DNA of 63,932 nucleotides, from positions 1 through 63,932 of the forward strand of contig JBBDYJ010000025.1 in assembly GCA_040901675.1 (NCBI GenBank), in the 5' to 3' direction. The DNA comes from Pirellulales bacterium (GTDB lineage Bacteria; Planctomycetota; Planctomycetia; Pirellulales; JAICIG01). The notes beneath the pieces are model-generated. The model was given only the letters and a program-made list of their open reading frames with translations, was not told the origin of the DNA and searched no databases. The position numbers and the translations under genes are program-made. Positions 39,254 to 49,232 of this stretch are shown here, one piece after another (the first letter of the stretch is position 1; each line of letters opens with the position of its first letter).

Positions 39254-40129
39254 TCAGTCATCGTCTAGATTCCAAAACTCGGCCTCCTCCCGCATGCCGT
39301 GCTTGTTGGCCACCTCGGGATCGGTGGTGAGCAGATAGGGGTGGCCGCTAGCCGTACTATCGCCGACCTCCAGCCTGACGCCGTCGGCTTGCATCGCTTG
39401 CAGCGTGTCGATCGCCTTCTTGAGTGAAGCGACCAATTCCGGCAGCGATCGAGACGCACCGGTCAGGAACTGGATCGCCAAGGGCTGAACGTATCTCTTC
39501 ACGGCGGCGCGGCTGGCCTTCCAAAGGTCGAGGAACCTGCCTTGAACGAACGGGTCCAGTTTTGCAGCGAATTCTTCGGGGAGACTCAAAAGCTTGATCA
39601 ACTCTTGCACGTCGGCCAGATCTTTCATCCGCTCGGGGTTGGTCATGCCAGAAGCGAGTTTTAGTTCGACCAATTTCGCCAGCTCGATGTATTGAATGCC
39701 TTCGAACTCGACCGCCACGTCCCGCGGATCGGGAAATGCCACGGGCTTTGCTTTGCCGTCTCCGGGATACTGACCCGCGATCAAGAACTCGATGCGCACG
39801 CCGGCCTGCGTGTCGCGCAAGTTTCTGCTCCGGGCGAAGGGGGTCACATAACCCCGCCCGTCGAGTTGCTCGTGAATGGTGTTGAGATCCTTCCTGGTCA
39901 CGAGAATGACCACCTCTTCCGTAAAGCGGCGAAGCCCGTACCGGAACAACGCCATGCCCCCGACGACGGCGTAGGGAATGCCCATCTCCGTCAGGCGCTG
40001 CGTGATTCGATGCAGGCATTCGTGGACGGCACTTTTCTCCTCGAAATGCCTGCTGCCTTCGCTCAAGGCCCACCTCGGATCATCGGCCAGACGTTGCTCG
40101 TACGGAATTGGCAGAGTGTCGCGCTGCAT
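39254..40129 (-). CDS. Nucleotidyltransferase-fold protein with degenerate DxD
   Basis: IPYAVVGGMAL..G..RFTEEVVIL, LVELKLASG, R.KDLADVQELI. Confidence 0.75.
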   Translation of the reverse strand: MQRDTLPIPYEQRLADDPRWALSEGSRHFEEKSAVHECLHRITQRLTEMGIPYAVVGGMALFRYGLRRFTEEVVILVTRKDLNTIHEQLDGRGYVTPFARSRNLRDTQAGVRIEFLIAGQYPGDGKAKPVAFPDPRDVAVEFEGIQYIELAKLVELKLASGMTNPERMKDLADVQELIKLLSLPEEFAAKLDPFVQGRFLDLWKASRAAVKRYVQPLAIQFLTGASRSLPELVASLKKAIDTLQAMQADGVRLEVGDSTASGHPYLLTTDPEVANKHGMREEAEFWNLDDD

Positions 40130-40183
40130 CGGGGCGAATGTCCATCAACCCAAGATTCCAACCGAGGACCGCAGACACGCAAG

Positions 40184-40205
40184 CGGAAGTGCATGGGAAT
40201 CGAAC
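40184..40205 (-). repeat. att site: duplicated 3' end of selC
   Basis: Exact match to 42840-42861 (T-loop to discriminator base). Confidence 0.9.
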
Positions 40206-40546
40206 AAAGGCGCAGGATACGGGGGAAACCGGCCTTTCGCAAGAAAGCGGCGCAGAATCCGGCGCACGCAACGCCCCGGACGACCCTCGCCTCGCGGCGG
40301 TCGTAGCCGCGTGGCCCGCGTTAGGCGAAGCGGCCAAGGCCGCGATCCTGGCCATCGTCGAGGGGCCGGACGGCGGGGCCTAAAACTCCCGCCCACGACG
40401 CCCACGTTGCCCCTGGCGGCGAGCATCCGGCCAAGCGGCGGCAGAGGAGGCGGACCCGCCGAGGCCGTGCGGGCGGGACCAGTTGGACGCCGCTCGTTCG
40501 GAGACTCCACCAGGCGGCGAGGCGCGGCCCAGCAGCCGGAGGGGCG

Positions 40547-40840
40547 GGCAACGCCTGGCGGGTGTCCCACGAGCTTTTAATGCTGGGAATTCGCGGCGAC
40601 GATCGGGCTTGGATTCCGGACCTGGCGAGCTGGGGCAAGTATCCCCGCGGTCGGCACTCCGAGAAGCCAGAGGCAGTTCGCGGAATGATAGAGCGCGTCA
40701 GTCCGGGGCCGTACCTGGAGTTACTCGGCCGCAAACTGGCGGAGGGCTGGACCGTCTTTGGGGATCAGGTCAAGGCGAATTCCGACCGGGGTATAATAAA
40801 GAGAAGGACGGACTGCCTGGTGGCGTTGCGTTGCCACTAG
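40547..40840 (+). pseudogene. MT-A70 family adenine methyltransferase, C-terminal fragment
   Basis: GNAWRVSHELLMLGIRG, HSEKPE, PGPYLELLGR, GWTVFGDQ; N-terminal DPPW part absent. Confidence 0.75.
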
Positions 40841-40886
40841 CCGGTCGCGTATCCTTTTGCAGCAGGGACATTCGTGCAGGGACGAA

Positions 40887-41696
40887 ATGGCTTCAAGCGA
40901 CCTTCCGGCATTTAAGCGGCCGCCCGTCATCGAGACGGTGCTCGGAGTTCAGTTCGACCGGCTTCCAGCGTTTCGCAATTTTCATCTTGGGCTGTTTTGG
41001 AAGCACCTAGGACCTCCCTGGACGCGGGCGAACGATGCTGCTCCACTGGAGCCGCAATTTGAACAGTTCGGCGGCGATGCGGCCTTCGCGTGGGCGCAAG
41101 CACGAATAAAGCTCAGCGAGGACGTGAGCTCGCGAATCCAAATCAGGAACGCCGCGGGCAACCGGATGCTCCAGGCCCAAAATGGCCGGTTGCATTTTAA
41201 CTGGTTGGGCACTAGTGAACCGTACCCCCGCTACTCGGTCGTTCGACCGGAGTTTGACAACGCCTTGATGGCGTTCCGAAGCTTCCTCGCGCTCGAATCG
41301 CTTGGCGAGATGAAGCCTAATCAATGGGAAGTGACTTACGTCAACCACATTCCAAAGGGCATTGTCTGGAAACGCCGTGAGGACTGGGCTGGTCTGTTCA
41401 GAGGGCTGGTAACCCCCCCTGCAAAGCCAGGTGGAACAAACCTGGAAGGCTTTGGAGGAGAATGGCACTACGAAATACCGGAGCAACGGGGGAGATTGCA
41501 TGTGAACATACGAAGCGGAATTCGACAGAAGCCAAGGGAGGAAGAGATTCTTATCCTGACTCTAACAGCAAGGGGCCCGGCATCGGACGACGCGACGCTC
41601 AGTAGCGGGTTGAATCTTGGTCGCGAAGTGATCGTCAAGGCGTTTTGTGATTTCACGTCCGATGCAGCGCAGTTGCATTGGGAGAGGATTAAGTAA
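40887..41696 (+). CDS. TIGR04255 family protein
   Basis: LPAFKRPPVIETVLGVQF, QNGRLHFNW, YPRY, EVTYVNHI, F..FTS..A..HW. Confidence 0.85.
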   Translation: MASSDLPAFKRPPVIETVLGVQFDRLPAFRNFHLGLFWKHLGPPWTRANDAAPLEPQFEQFGGDAAFAWAQARIKLSEDVSSRIQIRNAAGNRMLQAQNGRLHFNWLGTSEPYPRYSVVRPEFDNALMAFRSFLALESLGEMKPNQWEVTYVNHIPKGIVWKRREDWAGLFRGLVTPPAKPGGTNLEGFGGEWHYEIPEQRGRLHVNIRSGIRQKPREEEILILTLTARGPASDDATLSSGLNLGREVIVKAFCDFTSDAAQLHWERIK

Positions 41697-41697
41697 A

Positions 41698-42108
41698 ATG
41701 AAATTGTTGACGATTTCGGAACCGGCTGAACCAATCGTCCAGACAACTGGGGCCGAAAAGCAGGTGCTCGGAAGCAACCCCGAGTTCCAGCATCGTGAAG
41801 ACTGGCAAATGATACTTGATCGCGAGTTGCTTGAATGGGGGGCACGCCCCGATCAGTTTGCCGACGAGGACTCCATTGCACCCACGCGAAAGGCGATTGC
41901 AACGGCCTACCAGATTGCAACGCAGATGCGCGATGCGGCTGCGCCGCCGCCAATGTGGGTGACCCCAACCACTGAGGGTGGCGTTGCATTCGCGCGCCGC
42001 GGCTCCACCTTAACGATCAGGCTCGTGGTTCGGCCGGATGGGTCGGCCGAATTGATTGTCCTGAAAGAATCGCGGATAGAGAGCCGAGATGAGCTTTCGG
42101 TTGACTGA
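41698..42108 (+). CDS. Hypothetical protein (candidate antitoxin), coupled to TIGR04255 gene
   Basis: ATG one base after the upstream stop; W..D...APT..AI..A, PTTEGGVAF pattern. Confidence 0.7.
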   Translation: MKLLTISEPAEPIVQTTGAEKQVLGSNPEFQHREDWQMILDRELLEWGARPDQFADEDSIAPTRKAIATAYQIATQMRDAAAPPPMWVTPTTEGGVAFARRGSTLTIRLVVRPDGSAELIVLKESRIESRDELSVD

Positions 42109-42129
42109 ACCTGGTCGAGGGTTGATCCA

Positions 42130-42672
42130 GTGTGCGGGAGCGGCGCCGACCCGATTGCTAACGACGAGCTTCTCTATCGCAAGATTCCGAAGTCCAAGTT
42201 GACGTGTTTGGTCACGGAAGCCGGCGTTGAAGCGGAAGCCTTCGCCCCGGGCAAGCATGACACTACGGGGCTTTCGTTTCTTCGTGCCAAGCTAACGCCC
42301 ATCGGCGTTGCACTACAGGGACGGAGCAAATTCGGATATGTCGTTGCGGTGTTGCCTGCCGACGCGCTTCGTAAGGCCGGGATCCCGATCGAACCCAAGC
42401 CCGAACAAGGCCTGCCGGGACATGCCGAAATCACAGGGCTCTCATACGGCAACCGCCATGCGGATAGGTGCGAGGAATGGAAAGACTTGCTCGCAAGGTC
42501 CGTTCTTTGGATCGAACCGCGATCCCAATACCCGCATTATGACTGGAGCGAGCCCTCCAGTGACGAGCGGGAGTTCGGGCAGAGCAGGTTGGTTATGGCC
42601 ATCGTCCTGGCTGCGGTTATCATCGCGATGATCGCCCTGGGCATCTTGATCGCTGCGGCTGTCGATCCGTGA
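42130..42672 (+). CDS. Hypothetical protein with ART/RES-like motifs and C-terminal TM helix
   Basis: DELLYRKI, AF.P...DTTGLSF, PGHAEI; GAGG RBS before GTG. Confidence 0.6.
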   Translation: MCGSGADPIANDELLYRKIPKSKLTCLVTEAGVEAEAFAPGKHDTTGLSFLRAKLTPIGVALQGRSKFGYVVAVLPADALRKAGIPIEPKPEQGLPGHAEITGLSYGNRHADRCEEWKDLLARSVLWIEPRSQYPHYDWSEPSSDEREFGQSRLVMAIVLAAVIIAMIALGILIAAAVDP

Positions 42673-42839
42673 CGGCGTGGACCCCAAAAAACTGGACCAC
42701 CTGATAGGCGAAGCCTGCGGGGTTTGGACGGACGTTGCAGATGCAGCAATGCAAGCGATGAGCTGCACGGAGTCGCAAGACAAAACCCCTATTTTGCAGG
42801 GCTTTGCGGCGTCCTGCGACCCGATGCAAAACCCATCAA

Positions 42840-42936
42840 CGGAAGTGCATGGGAATCGAACCCACCTACGACGCGGTTCACGCACCGTACAGCGATTTTG
42901 AAGACCGTGGCCACCACCAGGTGTGCAAGCACTTCC
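42840..42936 (-). tRNA. selC: tRNA-Sec (anticodon UCA)
   Basis: 8-bp acceptor GGAAGTGC/GCACTTCC, 5-bp T stem with TTCGATT, anticodon loop CTTCAAA, 9-bp variable arm, G discriminator; CCA not encoded. Confidence 0.95.
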
Positions 42937-43013
42937 TAAATCGTTCAACCAAACCAGTGTACGGCAAGACGAAGGCAGAAGAAAGAACGTACGAAGGAGG
43001 AATCGCTTGACAT

Positions 43014-43191
43014 CTGGGGCACGCTAACGCTTTGCCCCCAGCCACCCGACGAAGCAGACTGGAGGCCGGAGGCTGAAGGCTGAAGGCTGAAGGAACAGGA
43101 CGACGAAGACTGGCCCACGCTACCGTTTTGACAGCTACCCGACGCTCTGTCCTCTGACATCTGACTTCCGACCTCTGACTTCCGACCTCTG
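43014..43191. repeat. REP-like palindrome (family C, 43014-43047) followed by heptamer repeats (GGCTGAA, CTCTGAC/TTCCGAC)
   Basis: Reverse complement matches GGGTGGCTGGGGCAAAGCGGTAGCGTGCCCCAG at 63221 and 63387. Confidence 0.75.
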
Positions 43192-44091
43192 TCAGAGCCG
43201 CAAGCGGACCGCTTCGCAAAGGCGAAGCACCGCGGGCACGTCGAGCTCCTCGGCGCGGGCCGTCTCGCCCAGGCCGAGCTGCCGCATGCAGTCGTCGATA
43301 TCGGCCTTGCTCAGCCGGTCCTTGTAGCCGCTGTAGAGCACGCTGCGCAAAAACTTGCGGCGGTGGAAAAACATCGTGCGGACGAACGAGTGAAAAAATG
43401 CCAGGTCCGGGATCCGCTCCCGCCAATCCTGACGCACGATTGCCTGAATGATGGCCGAGGTCACTTTGGGCCGGGGCCAGAAGACGCTGGGCGGCATCAG
43501 ACGCACCAGCTCGACCTGGCACTGGCTCTGCACCCACACGCTTAATGCGCCATAGTCCTTGGTCGAGGGCCGCGCGAGAATGCGGTCGGCCAGCTCCTTC
43601 TGGATCGTCACCGTCATCGTGGCCGGCACGATCTCGGATGCCAGCAGGTTGGAGACCAAGGGAGTGGCCACGTTGAACGGCAGGTTGGCGGCCAGCTTGA
43701 AGCGGCGGCCGGGCGCCTCGGCCAGTTGCCGCTGGACCGCCTCGACGACGACCGGGTTCAACGTGTTCTTGTTCTTCAGCACATCGGCGCGCAAGAGCGT
43801 GACGTTCTCGAAGTCGATCAGCTCCTCGCCCGCCAACTGGTGCATCTGCGGGTCGACCTCGACGCTAACGACGTGGGCCGCCTGCCGGGCCATCAAGGCG
43901 GTGAGCGATCCCGTGCCCGTGCCCACCTCCAGCACAACGTCGCCGGCGTCGAGCTGGGCCGTCTGGCACAACAGGCCGAGCAGGTTCAGGTCGATCAGAA
44001 AGTTCTGCCCGTGCTTGGTCTTGGGCCGGATGCCGACCTGCTGGAAGCGGCGGATGAGAAACGACTGCGTCTGCTTGGGCGTGTATGTCAC
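43192..44091 (-). CDS. rsmA: 16S rRNA m6,2A dimethyltransferase
   Basis: GQNFLID, VLEVGTGTGSLT, ANLPFNVATP, FWPRPKVTSA, RAEEL. Confidence 0.95.
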   Translation of the reverse strand: MTYTPKQTQSFLIRRFQQVGIRPKTKHGQNFLIDLNLLGLLCQTAQLDAGDVVLEVGTGTGSLTALMARQAAHVVSVEVDPQMHQLAGEELIDFENVTLLRADVLKNKNTLNPVVVEAVQRQLAEAPGRRFKLAANLPFNVATPLVSNLLASEIVPATMTVTIQKELADRILARPSTKDYGALSVWVQSQCQVELVRLMPPSVFWPRPKVTSAIIQAIVRQDWRERIPDLAFFHSFVRTMFFHRRKFLRSVLYSGYKDRLSKADIDDCMRQLGLGETARAEELDVPAVLRLCEAVRLRL

Positions 44092-44167
44092 TCGGACTGC
44101 CTCTTCATGCCCCCTCCACTGACCAGACGGCCTCGACCGTTCTCGCCTCAATGCCCCATCCCCACGC

Positions 44168-44779
44168 CTATTCCTCCTTCCTCCTTCCACCTTCCTCCTT
44201 CTGCCTCAGCCGCTCGACGTACTTGGCCAGGAGGTCGGTTTCGAGATTGACGCGGCCGCCGATCGAGTGCCGCCCCAGCGTGGTGTGGGCCAGCGTGTGC
44301 GGGATCAAGGCCGCGCTGAAGCGGTCGCCGTGCACTTCGACGAGCGTGAGGCTGACGCCGTCGACCGCCACGGAACCCTTGGATGCCATCTGCGCGGACA
44401 GGCCCGGCGGGCATGAAACCCACATAGTCAGCCACTCGCCTTGTTCCTCGCGCGCGACGACGGTTCCCACCGCATCGACGTGGCCGGTCACGAAATGCCC
44501 TCCCAACCGGTCGCCCACCGCCAGGGCCCGTTCGAGGTTCACCAGGCTGCCGGCCGCCAGGTCGCCCAGGTTGGTCCGCGAGAGCGTTTCGGGGCCGGCC
44601 TGGAACTCCAGGCTGTCCGGGCCGGCTTCGATGACCGTCAGGCAGCAGCCGTTGACCGCCACGCTCTCGCCGACGCGCGGTTGGCCAACGCCGGCCCAGC
44701 GGACCACCAGCCGGCTGCCCGGCGGCTCGGGGCGCACCTGGACAACTTCGGTAAGCGACTCAACCAGGCCGGTGAACAT
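44168..44779 (-). CDS. ribE: Riboflavin synthase alpha chain
   Basis: MFTGLVE start, VNGCCLTV, GGHFVTGHVD, KGSVAVDGVSLT, VNLETD. Confidence 0.95.
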   Translation of the reverse strand: MFTGLVESLTEVVQVRPEPPGSRLVVRWAGVGQPRVGESVAVNGCCLTVIEAGPDSLEFQAGPETLSRTNLGDLAAGSLVNLERALAVGDRLGGHFVTGHVDAVGTVVAREEQGEWLTMWVSCPPGLSAQMASKGSVAVDGVSLTLVEVHGDRFSAALIPHTLAHTTLGRHSIGGRVNLETDLLAKYVERLRQKEEGGRRKEE

Positions 44780-44845
44780 CGGTTCGAAACTCTTCGCGCA
44801 CCAGGCGGTTGGGGATGTGACCATCCGCGCCGGCGCTGCAATTCT

Positions 44846-45718
44846 TTAAAACAACGGTTCTTTGTGGGGCCGGCGTTGAATGGTCTCCTGCCAGATATAG
44901 CGCACCGGTCCGACCAGCACGAACAACGTGCAGACCAGGGGCACGGAGTAACCCGGCACGACCATCAAGGCCACCAAGGCGAAAATGAGCCCCACCACGT
45001 GGCCCAGGCTGCGCTGGCCGCGGAACACCTGGTTGACGACGTGCGGATAGGGGATTCGCGAGACCATCAGCACGGCCACCAGCACCGCGAAGAAAGGCAG
45101 CACGTTTTGCACAATGCGATCGATCTGCGATGCATAGGCCAGCGCCGCGTCGTCCACCCTGAGTTTGTAGAACAGCAGTCCGAAGCTGGCGATCGACGCC
45201 GCGGCGGCCGGGCTCGGCAAACCGCTGAAGTGCAGGTGGTCGTCGTCCTCGCCGCTTTCGACGTTGAAGCGGGCCAGGCGCAGCGCCGCGCAGGCCGCGA
45301 ACGAGGCGGCAATCACCCAGACGGCCTCCTTGTGTAAATAGGCGAAGCTGGGACACATCTTGACCAGCAGGTAGGCCGGCGCCACCCCAAACGTGACCAG
45401 GTCGCAGAGGCTGTCGAGCTGGGCGCCGAAATCGCTCGACGTCTGGGCAAGCCGGGCCACGTGGCCGTCGAGGGCGTCGAAGATCATCGCCAGAAAAATC
45501 AGCCAGCCGCTGAGCATGATGTTGTGGGCCGGGTCGTCCGGGTTGAGGGCGCGGATCGCCTTGACCGGATTGGCGGTGCCGATGCGGATCGACGTGGGCG
45601 TTTCGGCCCGGGTAGGCAGGTCGACGCGCGAGGCCACCACGATGGCAAAAAAACCACAAACGAGATTGCCCAGCGTGAACAGGGTGGGCAAGACGGCGAC
45701 GGTGCGAATCCGGCTCAT
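44846..45718 (-). CDS. pssA: CDP-diacylglycerol--serine O-phosphatidyltransferase
   Basis: DALDGHVAR..FGAQLDSLCD..FGVAPA, RLARFN, FSGLPSP; next to psd. Confidence 0.92.
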   Translation of the reverse strand: MSRIRTVAVLPTLFTLGNLVCGFFAIVVASRVDLPTRAETPTSIRIGTANPVKAIRALNPDDPAHNIMLSGWLIFLAMIFDALDGHVARLAQTSSDFGAQLDSLCDLVTFGVAPAYLLVKMCPSFAYLHKEAVWVIAASFAACAALRLARFNVESGEDDDHLHFSGLPSPAAAASIASFGLLFYKLRVDDAALAYASQIDRIVQNVLPFFAVLVAVLMVSRIPYPHVVNQVFRGQRSLGHVVGLIFALVALMVVPGYSVPLVCTLFVLVGPVRYIWQETIQRRPHKEPLF

Positions 45719-45723
45719 CGGTT

Positions 45724-46689
45724 TCAGTCATCCTCGGTTGCGAAGCGTGCGACGACCGTGACACCCGCCTTGACGCGCTGGCCCGGCCGCGTCTCGACTC
45801 GCACGTCGGCGGCCGGCAGGATCAGCTCGGTGCGGGAGCCGAGCTTGATCATGCCGAACTTGTGCCCCCGCTCGATCACCTCTCCGGAGCGGAGGCTGCA
45901 GACGATTCGCCGCGCGAACAACCCGGCAATCTGGCGGACGGCCAGGCGGCGATGCGGCGGCGATTCTTCCTCCAGCCCGATCCAGAGGTTCTCGTTCGAG
46001 AGGGCACTCTCGGGGTTCATGGCGTTGAGAAACCTTCCGGGGTGATACCGCAGGCGGACCACACGCGAGCGGCAAGGCGCCCGGTTCAAATGAACGTTGA
46101 AGATCGAAAGAAAGATGCCGATCCGCACGGCGGGCCCGCCGATGAACTCGTCGTGTTCCAGCGGCGTCACCTCCGACACCAGGCCGTCGGCCGGCGCCAC
46201 GACCAGTCCGGGATCTTGCGGCACGCGGCGCGGCGGGTCGCGGAAGAACCAGACGACCAGGACCAGCAGCACGGCCGGCAGCGGCGCCAGATACCACCAG
46301 GAAAAGACCAAGGCCAACGTGATCGCCAACAAGGGCAGGCCGATCAACCCCAGCTCGGCCAGTCCCCAGCGGGCAAATGGCAACCGCTCGCGCCATTGGA
46401 ACGGATCGTCGGAGGCGTCCCAGCCGGCGGTGCAGAGGTTGCGGCAATACTTGAGGTCGCGGGGGTCGAGCACGCCGTGCGGGCAGCCGGCCGCGTCGCC
46501 GCGCCGCGTTTGGGCCATCCGCTCGACGTAGCGGGGGCGAAACGTCCGCAGGTACCTTCGGCGCAGCCGTCCCCAGGCCAGCTCGACCTGGTAGCAGACG
46601 CCGCCGCCGGGCTGCACGCTGGTGATATTCGGGGGGAGCGGCTCCGGCTCGACCCGCGCAAAACTTGTTTCCGCGTGAGACATCTTCAA
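45724..46689 (-). CDS. psd: Phosphatidylserine decarboxylase proenzyme
   Basis: FFRDP, APADG, IFLSIFNVHLNRAP, QIAG..ARRI, IKLGSRTE cleavage motif. Confidence 0.93.
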   Translation of the reverse strand: MKMSHAETSFARVEPEPLPPNITSVQPGGGVCYQVELAWGRLRRRYLRTFRPRYVERMAQTRRGDAAGCPHGVLDPRDLKYCRNLCTAGWDASDDPFQWRERLPFARWGLAELGLIGLPLLAITLALVFSWWYLAPLPAVLLVLVVWFFRDPPRRVPQDPGLVVAPADGLVSEVTPLEHDEFIGGPAVRIGIFLSIFNVHLNRAPCRSRVVRLRYHPGRFLNAMNPESALSNENLWIGLEEESPPHRRLAVRQIAGLFARRIVCSLRSGEVIERGHKFGMIKLGSRTELILPAADVRVETRPGQRVKAGVTVVARFATEDD

Positions 46690-46781
46690 AATGGTATACC
46701 CTTTCCGCGACGTTGAAAACTAGCGCCTGCTAGCCAGCCGGCGGCGAATCCGGCACAATGGACGCCTTGCCACCGCGTTGA

Positions 46782-48110
<1,329 letters not shown>

Positions 48111-48112
48111 GA

Positions 48113-48241
48113 GTTGGTGCTTGGTGCCTAGAACTTGTGCTTAGAACTTGGTGCTTAGGACGTGGAACGGAGCCGGAAACCACTTGGAACGCAGCCGGAA
48201 ACCACGCAGCTAAGTCCCAAGTCCCAAGATCCAAGATCCAA
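48113..48241. repeat. Heptamer-like simple repeats (CTTGGTG, CCAAGAT)
   Basis: Visible directly after the eno stop codon. Confidence 0.6.
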
Positions 48242-48242
48242 T

Positions 48243-48599
48243 ATGCCGATTTCCGATTCGCCTTGGTTCTGGTTGTTCGTCTTCGGCGGCATGGGGCTGG
48301 TGGCGCTGGTGACGGTTTCGCCCAAGTACGCCAGGCGGCAGGAGCGGCTCGAGCGGATGCACCAGACCCGGCAGCGCGTGGCCGCAGCAGGCGGGCAAGT
48401 CCAGGCCGAGGCCCAAGCTTCAAAGCCCCGGCAAACCGGCTCCCCGCTCGCCGCTCGCACGGGCCCAACCAAGCCGGCCCTGCGGCCATTGGCGCTAGCG
48501 TTGGCCCTGCTGCTTTTCATTGCGGCCCTGGTGATGTTGGGCCGCCGACTGAATCAACGGCTGACGGGCGAGCCGGCGGACCTCGAGGCGCCGGGATGA
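48243..48599 (+). CDS. Hypothetical membrane protein
   Basis: MPISDSPWFW, PKYARRQ, two TM helices. Confidence 0.7.
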   Translation: MPISDSPWFWLFVFGGMGLVALVTVSPKYARRQERLERMHQTRQRVAAAGGQVQAEAQASKPRQTGSPLAARTGPTKPALRPLALALALLLFIAALVMLGRRLNQRLTGEPADLEAPG

Positions 48600-49135
48600 G
48601 CTGGCTGTTCGAAGACCCGACGGCGTGGATCGTAGCCGGCGTGGCGGTCGAGCTGGTGCTGGCCGTGGCCCTGGTCAAGACAGGGCGGGGCACCTTGGCG
48701 ACCGTTATGCTGGGTGTCCTGATCCTGGTGCTGGCGGGGGTTGCGGTCGAAAAGTTGGTGGTGACCGACCGCGAGCCCGTGGAGGCCGAGCTCGACGCGC
48801 TGGCCAAGGCGCTGGAAGCCAACGACGTCCAGCGCGTTTTGTCGCACATTCATCCCTCGGCCGCGTCGGTGCGCCAGGATGCCCGCTCAAGGCTGCCCCA
48901 GGTGCAGATCCGTGAGGCCCGCGTGACGGGCGACCTGGAGATTGTAGTCAACCGCCTGACGAACCCGCCGACGGCCCGGGCCGATTTCGTCGGCCGCATC
49001 GACCTTTCCACGGACGGTGTCACGCGGCACCCTATCGTCCGTCGTTTCCGTCTCGATTTTCAGCAGGAAGGCGATCGCTGGCTGGTGGCCGGCTACGAGG
49101 ACCGCGATTTCCGCGACAGCCGGCCCGAGTTTTGA
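48596..49135 (+). CDS. Membrane protein with NTF2/SnoaL-like C-terminal domain
   Basis: MSWLFEDP start overlapping upstream stop (ATGA); two TMs, VTDRE, terminal GDRWLV. Confidence 0.7.
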   Translation: MSWLFEDPTAWIVAGVAVELVLAVALVKTGRGTLATVMLGVLILVLAGVAVEKLVVTDREPVEAELDALAKALEANDVQRVLSHIHPSAASVRQDARSRLPQVQIREARVTGDLEIVVNRLTNPPTARADFVGRIDLSTDGVTRHPIVRRFRLDFQQEGDRWLVAGYEDRDFRDSRPEF

Positions 49136-49232
49136 GCCGGCCCAGAACCTGGCCTCGGCCACCGGAAGTTTACCCTACAACGTCTTGAGCCAGACGGCCT
49201 CCGGAGAGTTCGGCGCCAACGGGACGATGCGG

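Larger units (their letters stand above)
40184..42861. mobile_element. Degenerate genomic island integrated at the 3' end of tRNA-Sec (no integrase remaining)
   Basis: 22-bp direct repeat CGGAAGTGCATGGGAATCGAAC at 40184-40205 and 42840-42861; visibly more AT-rich cargo; gene fragments at both ends. Confidence 0.85.

Noticed and set aside
41698..42672. Genes 2 and 3 of the island are in the same frame, separated by a TGA (42106-42108), suggesting Sec read-through
   Set aside because: No redox-motif context, and gene 3 has its own GAGG RBS and GTG start; same-frame adjacency occurs by chance one time in three
42677..43010. ORFs overlapping selC as independent protein genes
   Set aside because: Largely antisense translations of the tRNA; only the 42677-42861 part is considered, as a possible integrase-tail remnant
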